A stretch of 64,000 nt of DNA from Verrucomicrobiales bacterium (GTDB lineage Bacteria; Verrucomicrobiota; Verrucomicrobiia; Verrucomicrobiales; V1-33): positions 7,601-71,600 of the forward strand of contig JBPCQC010000008.1 in the NCBI GenBank assembly GCA_050998515.1, written 5' to 3'. Below are positions 1-11,831 of this stretch, one piece after another; the first letter of the stretch is position 1, and every line of letters starts with the position of its first letter. A program made the position numbers and the translations under genes. The notes under the pieces were generated by a model. That model ran no database searches. It worked only from the letters and a program-made list of their open reading frames with translations, and was not told the origin of the DNA.

Positions 1-1
1 C

Positions 2-139
2 GCCATTTATCAAAACAGCAGCAGCAGCTTTATGGACATGGCAGCGCCCTTCATGGATCTCTTCGATGTTTTCGATCCGCAGACTTTCTCGGACGAAAAG
101 GAAGACGACGCCGAGCCGGAAAAACCAGACGCGCGTTGA
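2..139 (+). CDS. 3' end of a CDS entering from the left edge (acidic C-terminus ...FSDEKEDDAEPEKPDAR*)
   Basis: Open frame from base 2 to TGA at 137-139 with protein-like composition; no family recognisable. Confidence 0.5.
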   Translation, partial: AIYQNSSSSFMDMAAPFMDLFDVFDPQTFSDEKEDDAEPEKPDAR

Positions 140-228
140 GGGCAGAGCCGCGGCCGGCGACACTCACCGGCAAAGACTCCTGCAACCATTCAGCGCCACG
201 GGCGAGACGTCCGGGCCCCCTTCGTTCC

Positions 229-287
229 TGGCAGCGACATTCTTCTCGCGGCTTTGAACGACCCAACGACAAGAGTGTCGCTGCCAC
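229..287. repeat. REP-like inverted repeat downstream of glnA
   Basis: GGCAGCGACATTCTT ... AAGAGTGTCGCTGCCAC: 15-bp near-perfect inverted arms, reading GTGG-initiated on the minus strand. Confidence 0.6.
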
Positions 288-297
288 GCTGCAGCCC

Positions 298-1728
298 TTA
301 CACGTCGTAATACATCACGTATTCCTGCGGGTGTGGGCGAAGGCGAATGGCATCGTATTCGGCGATCTTCATCTCGATGAAGTTTTCGATGAAGTCTTTC
401 GGAAAGACATCGCCTGCGCGCAGAAACTCGTGGTCCGCCTGCAAGGCCTCGAGAGCTCCCTTGAGGGATTCGGGCACCGTCTTGACTTTCGCAGCTTCCT
501 CGGGCGGGAGGTCGTAAAGATTCTTGTCCATCGGCTCGCCGGGATGGATTTTGTTGCGGATGCCATCGAGACCGGCGAGAAGGATGCCGGCAAAAGCGAG
601 ATACGGGTTGGCCGCGGGATCCGGGCAGCGAAACTCGACACGCTTGGCTTTGGGGCTCGGGCTGTAAGTGGGAATGCGACAGATCGCCGAGCGATTGCGC
701 GCGCTGTAGGCGAGATTGACTGGAGCTTCATAACCGGGAACCAGCCTCTTGTAACTGTTGTTGGTGGGGTTAGTGATGGCGCAGAGGGCGGGCGCGTGTT
801 TGAGCAGGCCGCCGATGTAATAAATCGCACTCTCACTGATTCCGGCATAGCCGTTTCCCGCGAAGGTCGGCTGGCCGCCTTTCCAAATCGAACTGTGGCA
901 ATGCATGCCGGAACCGTTGTCTGCGAAGAGCGGCTTGGGCATGAAAGTGGCAGTCTTGCCATTTCTATAAGCGACATTTTTGACGACGTACTTATAGACA
1001 CACAGCTTGTCGGCCATCTTCAAAAGGGTGTCGAAGCGCATGTCGATTTCCGCCTGGCCGGCGGTGGCGACTTCATGGTGGTGGGTCTCGATGTCGATGC
1101 CGGCCCTTTCCATCTCAGCGACCATTTCGTCGCGGATGTCCTGGAGTTTGTCCTGCGGCGGAACCGGCAGGTAACCTTCCTTGTGGGCGATTTTGTATCC
1201 GCGGTTGGGCTGGCAATCGTCTTCGGTTTCGTCACCGGAACGCCACGGGGCTTCAAGTCCATCGACTTCGTGGAACATGATGTTCGGGCCCGTCTCGTAG
1301 CGCACGCTGTCGAAGATGAAGAATTCGGCTTCCGGACCGAACCACGCAGTGTCCCCGATGCCGGTCGAGGCGAGAAAAGCTTCCGCTTTTTTTGCGATGC
1401 CGCGGGGGTCGCGGCCGTAAGGCTCGCGGGTCAGCGGATCCTGCACGTCGCAGATCAGACTCAAGGTGGGACGGACGATAAAGGGATCGATGAACGCTGT
1501 GTTCGCATCCGGCAGAACCAGCATGTCGGAGGCTTCGATGCCTTTCCAACCGCGGATCGATGAGCCATCAAAGCCATGGCCGTTTTCGAAGAGGTCGTCG
1601 TTGAGTTCCTTGACGGGGATGGAAAAATGCTGCCAGCGGCCGTGGATGTCGCAGAATTTCAGGTCGACGGATTCGATCTTGTTGTCCTTCGCCAGCTTGA
1701 AGACTTCGTCGGATGTCCTGTTGGTCAT
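298..1728 (-). CDS. glnA: Glutamine synthetase type I
   Basis: [29 protein letters not shown]...[24 protein letters not shown]; adenylylation motif NLYDLP; start trimmed to MTNRTSDEV. Confidence 0.97.
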   Translation of the reverse strand: MTNRTSDEVFKLAKDNKIESVDLKFCDIHGRWQHFSIPVKELNDDLFENGHGFDGSSIRGWKGIEASDMLVLPDANTAFIDPFIVRPTLSLICDVQDPLTREPYGRDPRGIAKKAEAFLASTGIGDTAWFGPEAEFFIFDSVRYETGPNIMFHEVDGLEAPWRSGDETEDDCQPNRGYKIAHKEGYLPVPPQDKLQDIRDEMVAEMERAGIDIETHHHEVATAGQAEIDMRFDTLLKMADKLCVYKYVVKNVAYRNGKTATFMPKPLFADNGSGMHCHSSIWKGGQPTFAGNGYAGISESAIYYIGGLLKHAPALCAITNPTNNSYKRLVPGYEAPVNLAYSARNRSAICRIPTYSPSPKAKRVEFRCPDPAANPYLAFAGILLAGLDGIRNKIHPGEPMDKNLYDLPPEEAAKVKTVPESLKGALEALQADHEFLRAGDVFPKDFIENFIEMKIAEYDAIRLRPHPQEYVMYYDV

Positions 1729-1840
1729 TTCAGTATGAGTTTGGTTGTGAGAGGGGGTTTTTACCAGCCGTCGGCAGGGTGTCAACAGAACGTAGGCGTT
1801 TCTGCGCCTCCGAAGGCATGCATCGGAGTGCGAAGGGCAA

Positions 1841-1857
1841 AGCAAATCGTGTGCCAG
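1841..1857 (-). promoter_or_regulatory. Sigma54 (-24/-12) promoter of glnA
   Basis: Minus strand reads CTGGCACACGATTTGCT, a perfect TGGCAC-N5-TTGC about 115 nt upstream of the glnA start. Confidence 0.85.
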
Positions 1858-1936
1858 AGTGGTGCCGATTCCTGAGGTGGCGGAACGAGAAAATCTGCGG
1901 CGCGGGGGCGCGCCGGCTCGAACCGGTGACCGGCAC

Positions 1937-2416
1937 TCAATAAACGACTTTGCCGGGCATGGCGTGCCACTGCCTCATGACGAGGAGCGACTCGCGGCGC
2001 AATAGTTGCTTCGTGGGGATGCGCCTTTTGGCGTGTGGGAGCGCTAATTCCTTATAGAGACGGTCATCGTCAAAGCCAATGGCGGCGGCATCCTTGCGGG
2101 TGGCGGCATAGACGATCCGATCCAGTCGTGCCCAATATGCGGCGGCCAGGCACATTGGGCAGGGTTCGCAACTGGTATAGAGTTGAGCGCCAGCCAAATG
2201 AAATGCGCGTGAGGCACGGCAGGCGGCACGGATAGCCACCATTTCGGCGTGGGCGGTGGGGTCGAAGCTTGAAGTCACCTTGTTCCAACCTCGGCCAATG
2301 ATGCGGCCATCGTGGCGCACGATGGCGCCAAAAGGGCCGCCAACACGGGAATGGGAATACTTGTGTCCGAGCCGGATGGCTTGGCGCAAAAACTTCAAAT
2401 CATCCGGGTCGGGCAT
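1937..2416 (-). CDS. guaD: Guanine/nucleoside deaminase (cytidine-deaminase fold)
   Basis: [23 protein letters not shown] zinc motif, AAAIGFDD. Confidence 0.88.
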   Translation of the reverse strand: MPDPDDLKFLRQAIRLGHKYSHSRVGGPFGAIVRHDGRIIGRGWNKVTSSFDPTAHAEMVAIRAACRASRAFHLAGAQLYTSCEPCPMCLAAAYWARLDRIVYAATRKDAAAIGFDDDRLYKELALPHAKRRIPTKQLLRRESLLVMRQWHAMPGKVVY

Positions 2417-2542
2417 GTTGGTCAATTGTTCTCGGGTAATTGTACTCGGCGTTGAGTTAAACTGCCGGATCGGATTGGCTTTGTGTCCCGAATAACCAAT
2501 ATCCAATAAGAAATAACGTGAATCAGCGATTGTATCGCTGAT

Positions 2543-3853
<1,311 letters not shown>

Positions 3854-3885
3854 TTAAGGCAGATCCGTCCGCGGCTCCTCCGCGC

Positions 3886-4038
3886 TCAGGCGGCGCTCAG
3901 GAACATAAGCACTGAAACAATTGCTCCAACGCAGGCCGCGATGCCAATAATGCCAAGCGTCATGATGCCGCTCGCGCCGGAATCCTTCTTCTTTACCTTC
4001 TTGCCAAAGGCCGCAACAGGTTGGGTGGTCTCGTTCAC
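3886..4038 (-). CDS. Small single-pass membrane protein (50 aa, below the ORF-track cutoff)
   Basis: GTG start; (M)NETTQPVAAFGKKVKKKDSGASGIMTLGIIGIAACVGAIVSVLMFLSAA*, a Lys cluster followed by one C-terminal hydrophobic helix. Confidence 0.65.
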   Translation of the reverse strand: MNETTQPVAAFGKKVKKKDSGASGIMTLGIIGIAACVGAIVSVLMFLSAA

Positions 4039-4147
4039 GGGCCGTGAGTCAAGCGCGCTTTCTTAACGTTGGCAAGAACAATCAGCACAGTCAGCGAATC
4101 AGTGAATCAGAGAGTGTGATTTTCACTTTTGTCTCACTCGAGGAAGC

Positions 4148-4180
4148 AAAAAACCCGGACACCGCGCGGATGTCCGGGTT
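4148..4180 (-). terminator. Rho-independent terminator after the prepilin-type gene
   Basis: Stem AACCCGGACA/TGTCCGGGTT followed by a T-run on the minus strand, about 35 nt after the stop codon. Confidence 0.75.
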
Positions 4181-4216
4181 CGAATGGCCGTCGCAAAGGA
4201 ACTTTGTGAAAAACCC

Positions 4217-4894
4217 CTAACCCTCAGGGTTCTTAATGTTGCTCTCCTGCAATTCCTCGTCGAAGGCGTTGGAGAAGAGTTCGACCTGCTGGCCGCCGCG
4301 GGTCTTCATGATCTTGAGCGTCTTCTTGTCGAGCGCTTCCTGTTTTACCCCGCCGTCGACATAGACAATGATGGCCTTGGTCCCTTTCCATCTACCGCCT
4401 TTCTTGTTTTGGACCTCGGCATATTGGCCGACCGTGTCGGTGAAACCATCGGCGATGATTGGGAGGTTGGCATTCGAGGTGTTGTTCAGGCCATTGATGT
4501 AGGCCCAGTGATTCTCGCCCCGCTCGAGGGCTTGAGCGTAATCTGGCCTGGTGCCAACGTCGTCGTCCGGCTTTTTGTTCTTGGCCCCATCATGCCAGGC
4601 TGAGCCGGGGACATAGAACGGCTTCTCATTGGCGATATAGTCCGGGATTAACTTCTTGTAGGCTTCATTCGCGGTGTTCTCGGTCGACGGAAACGAGCCA
4701 TCGTTGTCGCCCGCGTAGTTCATCAAACCGAGGTGTAAACCATGGGCCTGATTTCCCGCCGCGGTCATTTGTGCGTTTAATTGCGCGCCAGTGAAGGCCG
4801 GAATGGCCACACTTGCGAGCACGGCGATGATCGAGATCACCACCAGTAGTTCAACCAGCGTAAACGCCTGGTTGTGTTGGAGTTTTACTTTCAT
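4217..4894 (-). CDS. Prepilin-type N-terminal cleavage/methylation protein (pilin/pseudopilin-like, PVC type)
   Basis: QAFTLVELLVVISIIAVLASVAIP; C-terminal W-x9-DG-like motif (RWKGTKAIIVYVDGG). Confidence 0.9.
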   Translation of the reverse strand: MKVKLQHNQAFTLVELLVVISIIAVLASVAIPAFTGAQLNAQMTAAGNQAHGLHLGLMNYAGDNDGSFPSTENTANEAYKKLIPDYIANEKPFYVPGSAWHDGAKNKKPDDDVGTRPDYAQALERGENHWAYINGLNNTSNANLPIIADGFTDTVGQYAEVQNKKGGRWKGTKAIIVYVDGGVKQEALDKKTLKIMKTRGGQQVELFSNAFDEELQESNIKNPEG

Positions 4895-5103
4895 GTTATT
4901 GAGTTTTTATAAGCAGTTATGATGTATGTGTTAGTGCAGCCCCCGCGAAGTGCAGGCAAACGGTCCTGCGCTCCTTGATCCGGGCGGCGACTCAACCTAG
5001 AGGATTCCCCTAGGCCCAGCAACACAAAATGCGTCGCAGCCGGCACTTTCTTTCTAAAATCTTCGCGCGGTCTGCGCAACGGGTTTTTGCGGGCCCCAGT
5101 TTC

Positions 5104-5685
5104 TCACGCATCTTTCAAAATGTACCTATTGTTGACGAGATAGCGCGCACCCGACCAAACCGTGGTGAAAACCGCCAGCACCAGTAACAGCCTGCCGAGC
5201 GCAGTAGGCGAAAACAGGGGCCAGGTGAAGAACGGAGCCAACCACGCGAAAGGCGGTTCTTGGATTGCCAGGTGGATGAGACCATAAATGACCACCGCAA
5301 TTTGCGCTCCCGTCTTCCATTTCCCCCACCCTTCGGCCGAGACCACCGCGCCCTGGCTCGCAGCCACCAGCCGCAACCCAGTGACCAGGAACTCCCGAGC
5401 CACGACCAGGCAGGTCACCCACGGGGGGATTTCCTCGCTGCAAGACAGCAGCACGAAAGCCGAGCACATCAAAATTTTATCGACCAACGGATCCATCAAA
5501 GCGCCAAAGTTCGTGACCAGCCCGTGTTTGCGAGCCAGGTAGCCATCGAAGTAGTCGGTGACCGAAGCGATGATGAAAAGGATGGCGCCCCAGCTCCACG
5601 CCCATCGAATCTCAGCCACCAGCACGAGGACAAACAGAGTGGTCAGGCCTAGCCGGGCCACTGTTATTTGGTTGGGAAGATTCAC
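5104..5685 (-). CDS. pgsA: CDP-diacylglycerol--glycerol-3-phosphate 3-phosphatidyltransferase
   Basis: NLPNQIT, TDYFDGYLAR...FGALMDPLVDK, REFLVTGLR, GKWKT; GTG start. Confidence 0.93.
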   Translation of the reverse strand: MNLPNQITVARLGLTTLFVLVLVAEIRWAWSWGAILFIIASVTDYFDGYLARKHGLVTNFGALMDPLVDKILMCSAFVLLSCSEEIPPWVTCLVVAREFLVTGLRLVAASQGAVVSAEGWGKWKTGAQIAVVIYGLIHLAIQEPPFAWLAPFFTWPLFSPTALGRLLLVLAVFTTVWSGARYLVNNRYILKDA

Positions 5686-5770
5686 ATCGAGCTGGAGCGA
5701 TCGGCAAGTCCTGCCGGGGGAAGCCGCCGCTGGCGCCCGAAGAAAATCGCAAGTGGCCAATCCGCAACGA

Positions 5771-6166
5771 TCAATCCGCTGCCAGCACGGCTTCCTTCCA
5801 GATTGGCACCTCGGTTTTAACTCGGCGCAGAAGGTGGTGGCAGAGCTCGAACGCGGCCGTGCTGTGTGGCAGGGCCACCGCCACAAGCACCGAGGTCTCG
5901 CCGGCAGCAACGAAGCCAATCATGTGATGAATCAAAACTCTCGCCTCAGGATGCTCGCGCGCTGCCGCCCAGGCAACCTCGCGCAATATTTTTTCCGCCA
6001 TGGGCAGGTAGGCCGAATAATTCAAGCCGGCAATGGCGCGTGCATTCTCGGTGCCACGAACGATGCCGCGGAAGTGAACTTCGGCGCCGTGGGCCGGCGA
6101 GCCCAGGACGGCGTTTTCCGGCGGCGGATCTGTCGACAGCACAGTCTGGATGGATGGGTTTCCCAT
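5771..6166 (-). CDS. moaE: Molybdopterin synthase catalytic subunit
   Basis: GAEVHFRGIVR, LNYSAY, HMIG...GE, KTEVPIWKE. Confidence 0.9.
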   Translation of the reverse strand: MGNPSIQTVLSTDPPPENAVLGSPAHGAEVHFRGIVRGTENARAIAGLNYSAYLPMAEKILREVAWAAAREHPEARVLIHHMIGFVAAGETSVLVAVALPHSTAAFELCHHLLRRVKTEVPIWKEAVLAAD

Positions 6167-6264
6167 TTGCGCGCTCTGGATTTGCGCCTAGATACTCCGC
6201 CTTTCCCAGGGCTACAACAGCGGGGCCTGCGCGTTTTTTCAACCGGCACATTAACAGTCATCCA

Positions 6265-7722
<1,458 letters not shown>

Positions 7723-7816
7723 TCCGCCGATCAAGCTGGGGTGTCCGCACGCGGAAGGGAACTAAAGCGTCAGCACCCTGGCTTTTGTATTGCACTAGAA
7801 GGCCCGGCATTGAACG

Positions 7817-9529
7817 ATGGCTTCGATGGAAGCTGAGCGAGAATGGCGGGTGCGCGACCTGCCAGGCGCCGCACTGGATATCGTGCGCCAGTGCGAAGCG
7901 GGACGCGCGCTGCCTCGCCTCGTGCAGCGGTTGATCGCGTTGCGCGGCTTCGCCCATGAAAATGAGCTCGCCGGGTTCTTGTCGCCCCGACTCGAGCATC
8001 TCTCGGATCCTTTTTTGTTGCCTCATATGCGCGATGCGGTGGACCGGCTGTTCCGAGCCATCGATCTCAAGGAATCAGTGGTGCTCTACGGCGATTACGA
8101 TGTCGATGGTATTTCATCGCTGGCGATACTTCGGAAGGTTTTCGATGCTTATGGGCTGGAAACGCGACTGTTCCTGCCCCATCGGCTGGACGAAGGCTAC
8201 GGACTCAGTGAAGACGGGTTGCGGCGGTGTCTGGCGGAAGGGGTGCCAAGGCTGCTCATGGCGGTCGACTGTGGCACGGGCTCCGCACATGAAATTGCGG
8301 GCCTTCGGGAGCAGGGAATTGATGTGATCGTGCTCGATCACCACGAACCTGGACGGCAGGGTGTCCCACCGGGCACTGCAGTAGTCAATCCGAAGCTTGG
8401 GCCAGCTTTCCGTTACCTGTGCACAGCCGGTCTTGCCTTCAAACTGGGCCACGCGATGTTGAAGACCAGACCTCTCACGGGTTTCGACCTCCGCGAGTTG
8501 CTCGATCTGGTGGCGCTGGGAACAGTGGCAGACGTAGTGCCTTTGATTGGTGAAAACAGGCTGCTCGTCACCAAAGGTTTGCAACAGCTATCGCGAACCC
8601 GGCATGCGGGCCTGCACGCTCTCAAAGCCGTCGCTGGCCTCCGTGGCATGCCGCGTGCCGCAGACATCGCCTTTCGACTCGGTCCCCGACTCAATGCGGC
8701 GGGCCGACTCGATACCGCTCAGGCGGCGCTCGACCTCTTGTTGAGCCAGCAGAGCGAAGAGGCGCTCGGTCTCGCTCAGGAACTCGACCGACAGAATCGC
8801 CAACGACAGAACGTGCAGGCTCTCGTCCAGACACAGGCCGAAACGCTGCTCGAACAGAGTTTCGATGCCGCGCGGGATTTTGTGATTTTGTTAGGTTCGG
8901 CAGCGTGGCATCCGGGGGTGGTTGGGATTGTCGCCGGTCGCCTGGTGCGTCGCTATCGGCGGCCGGCTTTTGTCGTGGCCTTCGATGAGACGGGAATGGG
9001 AAAGGGCAGTGGCCGCAGCGTGGAAGGTATTTCGCTGGTGGCGGCCCTCGACGATTGCCGCGAATTGCTCGTTCGCGGCGGTGGTCACGCGATGGCCGCG
9101 GGATTAACGGTTTCGACGGATTCTTTCGCAGCTTTGCGTGCGCGCTTGGAGGAGTCGGTCCGACGGCAACTTGGCGGGCGTGGATTCGCTTTCTGCCTGA
9201 ACCTCGATGCCGAGGTGGAACTGGCCGAGCTGGATTTGCAAACGCTGCACGCCTACGAACGTCTCGAGCCATTCGGCTGTGAAAATCCAGCGCCGGTTTT
9301 GCTGGCGCGCGGAGTGGTGCCAGCCGGCGAGCCGAAACTGTGCCGTGAAAAACATCGCCGCTTTGTTCTTCGCCAAAATCACGCGACCGTGCAGGCGATC
9401 TGGTTCGACTCGGTCCATCGCGAGTTGCCGGCGGCACCTTGGGATGTGGCCCTGACGATTCAGCGCGGCGAGTACCGCGGTCAAGAACGGCTGGAAATTC
9501 ACATAGCCGACATGCGCAGTGCCATCTGA
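7817..9529 (+). CDS. recJ: Single-stranded-DNA-specific exonuclease RecJ
   Basis: YGDYDVDG, VDCG, DHH, GTVADVVPL, PRLNAAGR, GGHAMAAG. Confidence 0.96.
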   Translation: MASMEAEREWRVRDLPGAALDIVRQCEAGRALPRLVQRLIALRGFAHENELAGFLSPRLEHLSDPFLLPHMRDAVDRLFRAIDLKESVVLYGDYDVDGISSLAILRKVFDAYGLETRLFLPHRLDEGYGLSEDGLRRCLAEGVPRLLMAVDCGTGSAHEIAGLREQGIDVIVLDHHEPGRQGVPPGTAVVNPKLGPAFRYLCTAGLAFKLGHAMLKTRPLTGFDLRELLDLVALGTVADVVPLIGENRLLVTKGLQQLSRTRHAGLHALKAVAGLRGMPRAADIAFRLGPRLNAAGRLDTAQAALDLLLSQQSEEALGLAQELDRQNRQRQNVQALVQTQAETLLEQSFDAARDFVILLGSAAWHPGVVGIVAGRLVRRYRRPAFVVAFDETGMGKGSGRSVEGISLVAALDDCRELLVRGGGHAMAAGLTVSTDSFAALRARLEESVRRQLGGRGFAFCLNLDAEVELAELDLQTLHAYERLEPFGCENPAPVLLARGVVPAGEPKLCREKHRRFVLRQNHATVQAIWFDSVHRELPAAPWDVALTIQRGEYRGQERLEIHIADMRSAI

Positions 9530-9641
9530 TCCCAGGATGGCCAACCGGCATTTCTCCCGCCGCGACGGCCACGGAGAGGGGCAAATCCAGTTGCAAAGGC
9601 GGGGCACCATCACATAGTCCCGCCTCACTCATTATCCGAAC

Positions 9642-9971
9642 ATGGCTCACTCCTCCATCGTCACCATCGATTCGGGCAATTTTGACAGCGAGGTTGTCAA
9701 GTCAGACAAACCTGTGCTGGTAGATTTTTGGGCGGAATGGTGCGGTCCGTGCAAAATGCTTTCCCCAGTGCTGGACGAACTCGCTGCCGAACTCGGAGAC
9801 AAAGTAAAAATCGCGCAGGTGAATGTCGACGACAACCGGGAACTGGCTGTCCAGTTTGGGGTGAAATCCATTCCCATGCTGTATTTCTTCAAAGACGGCG
9901 AAGTCAGAGATAAAGTCGTCGGCTTGGTGCCAAAAGACACGCTTGCGCAGAAGTTGAACGGCCTGATTTAA
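9642..9971 (+). CDS. trxA: Thioredoxin
   Basis: [17 protein letters not shown]. Confidence 0.97.
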   Translation: MAHSSIVTIDSGNFDSEVVKSDKPVLVDFWAEWCGPCKMLSPVLDELAAELGDKVKIAQVNVDDNRELAVQFGVKSIPMLYFFKDGEVRDKVVGLVPKDTLAQKLNGLI

Positions 9972-10019
9972 CTGCCGCTGCCGTCGGCTGACAGCGCCCA
10001 TGTCACCCGTGGCACTTTT

Positions 10020-10589
10020 TCACTGAATCGAAAGAAGCCTCTCGATTTGGGCGCGGCGCGCGGCATGTTCCGCGTCGGAAATTACGGCGCTGCCGCCGTC
10101 AAATTCGCGTTCCGGCAATTCAAGCCAGGAACGGCAGCCACCAAAGGCCGGCGTGGTCCGCAAAATCCATGGCTCGTGCAGTCTGAACACTCGCACCAGG
10201 GCCAGGCTCACACTTGTTTTCTCACCGCATCCCAGGCGTTCGCGGATGACCTCCTCTCTCCAAATATGGAGCGGCGCCAGTGAAGTCGCCGTCGTCCAAC
10301 TGGAAATAGTCCACGTCCTGTCGAGCTGCGCCGCAAAGCGAATGATTATTTCATCGTCCCCGCCCATCGCATCGTGCGCTTCCGCAGTCGGTTGCCAGAT
10401 AACTTTTTCAGCCTGCTCATGAAAGTGCGTTGGAAACAGAAAAAAGCGATCGGCTTGCCATCGAAAGCCGCCACGCCCTTCGGCGATTCCCCCCTTGCGC
10501 AGAATGATTGACTGACGGCCGGTTCCCAAAGCATCGCATACCAACGACCACTCTTTAAATGCGATCCACCGTGATTTGAGACCTGCCAT
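10020..10589 (-). CDS. DUF1802 family protein
   Basis: AFKEW...GRQSIILRKGGIAE, FFLFPT.FH, GGCRSW. Confidence 0.8.
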   Translation of the reverse strand: MAGLKSRWIAFKEWSLVCDALGTGRQSIILRKGGIAEGRGGFRWQADRFFLFPTHFHEQAEKVIWQPTAEAHDAMGGDDEIIIRFAAQLDRTWTISSWTTATSLAPLHIWREEVIRERLGCGEKTSVSLALVRVFRLHEPWILRTTPAFGGCRSWLELPEREFDGGSAVISDAEHAARRAQIERLLSIQ

Positions 10590-10633
10590 GGAGTAAACCT
10601 GTTTTGAGCTAGCGATCAGGGCCAAAGAATCAC

Positions 10634-10661
10634 TTGGCAACCAGAAGCCGGCCAGTATAAT
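10634..10661 (+). promoter_or_regulatory. Sigma70-like promoter for tRNA-His/rnc
   Basis: TTGGCA-N16-TATAAT about 22 nt upstream of the tRNA. Confidence 0.6.
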
Positions 10662-10682
10662 TCGCCCCTCGTTTTAGCGAAT

Positions 10683-10758
10683 GGTGGCCGTAGCTCAATG
10701 GTAGAGCTCCAGATTGTGGTTCTGGCTGTTGCGGGTTCGAGCCCCGTCGGCCACCCCA
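10683..10758 (+). tRNA. tRNA-His (GTG)
   Basis: G-1 plus acceptor GTGGCCG/CGGCCAC, D-arm AGCTCAATGGTAGAGC, anticodon arm CCAGA-TTGTGGT-TCTGG, T-loop GGTTCGAGCC, encoded CCA. Confidence 0.97.
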
Positions 10759-10823
10759 AATTCCGCCTGGCTGAGCGAGAAAACGGCAGGTTTATCCGTT
10801 CGATGGAGCCCTTTGATTGCAAA

Positions 10824-11537
10824 ATGGAGCCGTTGGAAACCCGTATGAATTACCGGTTTACAAATTCCCTCCTGCTTGCGCAGGCCTTGACGCATCCCAG
10901 TCTGGCTTACGAAACTCAAGGCGCCCCGTTTGACAATCAGCGTCTCGAGTTTTTGGGCGATGCGGTGCTGCAACTCATTTTTACTCGCGAACTCTTCCTT
11001 GACTTTCCAATGCTGGACGAAGGGACGCTGACGAAACTCCGATCCCAACTCGTGTCCAGTAATGCGCTGCATCGTTATGCCCTTCGGCTGAAGCTTGGTT
11101 CCTATCTCAAAATGGGAAAGGGCGAAGCGGCCTCTGGAGGTCGTTCGCGCCCATCCACACTCGCTGATGCATTTGAAGCACTCGTGGGTGCCCTCTATCT
11201 CGATAGCGGACTGGCCGAGGCGACGACCTTCGTCCTGACTCTATGTGAGACTGAACTGCAGCAAATGGATGTTGATCCCGACGAACTTAATCCAAAGGGG
11301 CAGCTCCAGGAACTAGTGCAAAGCGCCGCCGGAGTCAGCCCCAGCTATTCCATTGTCTCACAAGACGGCCCCGACCATCGTAAGAATTTTGTCGCCCAGG
11401 TGGTGTGGGACGGCGTCATCCTGGCCACCGGGTCCGGCCTTAGCAAAAAACAGGCCGAGACTGCGGCTGCCCGCCAGGCCCTGGATCATCCGTTGGTTCG
11501 ACAATTAAAACTGTCATTCTCGGCGGATGGCGAGTAA
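10824..11537 (+). CDS. rnc: Ribonuclease III
   Basis: ALTHPS, NQRLEFLGDAVL, ADAFEALVGA, dsRBD NPKGQLQE...SKKQAE; start could be 10803. Confidence 0.96.
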   Translation: MEPLETRMNYRFTNSLLLAQALTHPSLAYETQGAPFDNQRLEFLGDAVLQLIFTRELFLDFPMLDEGTLTKLRSQLVSSNALHRYALRLKLGSYLKMGKGEAASGGRSRPSTLADAFEALVGALYLDSGLAEATTFVLTLCETELQQMDVDPDELNPKGQLQELVQSAAGVSPSYSIVSQDGPDHRKNFVAQVVWDGVILATGSGLSKKQAETAAARQALDHPLVRQLKLSFSADGE

Positions 11538-11831
11538 CAACCTAATCGACGGTGAAGTAGTGACTGACACATGTGAAGAACAGCCGCAGTGAGCTAAACG
11601 AGTTGATAAGACCCGGGTTACGCCCAGGCCTCTGAGGTTTTTTTCACGCGACCTCGAGCTGTGGAACGACCGTTGGGCTTAAGAAAGCGCTATTTCTCAA
11701 CGTTATTCGCCAGCTAGAAGAAGAGAATCTTAAATGAAAAAGTGCCCAAGTACTTCGCGGATGGAATTGACAGCGAGCTGCCGCAGTTCTTTGGGTTAAC
11801 TTGTTTATAATAAACACTATATGCTAAAAAA
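11538..11831. other. AT-rich intergenic region, candidate replication origin
   Basis: DnaA-box-like 9-mers with 2 mismatches (TGTGAAGAA 11572, AGTTGATAA 11601, TGTTTATAA 11802), AT-rich tract, directly upstream of mnmG, parS sites nearby. Confidence 0.4.

Noticed and set aside
136-1563. 475-aa plus-strand ORF
   Set aside because: Antisense shadow of glnA, expected from GC-rich codon bias.
4080-4112. Degenerate 8-mer tandem (AATCAGCA CAGTCAGCG AATCAGTG AATCAGAG)
   Set aside because: Short and degenerate with no associated cassette gene; cannot be distinguished from a simple repeat.
5866-6264. Long N-terminal extension on gnd (similarly on glnA, pgsA, rnc, the ligase and the acyl-CoA dehydrogenase)
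   Set aside because: ORF-caller artefacts overlapping neighbouring genes or RNAs; homology begins at downstream starts.
10683-10758. tRNA-His as an island integration site
   Set aside because: Directly followed by rnc; no integrase or duplicated tRNA 3' end seen.
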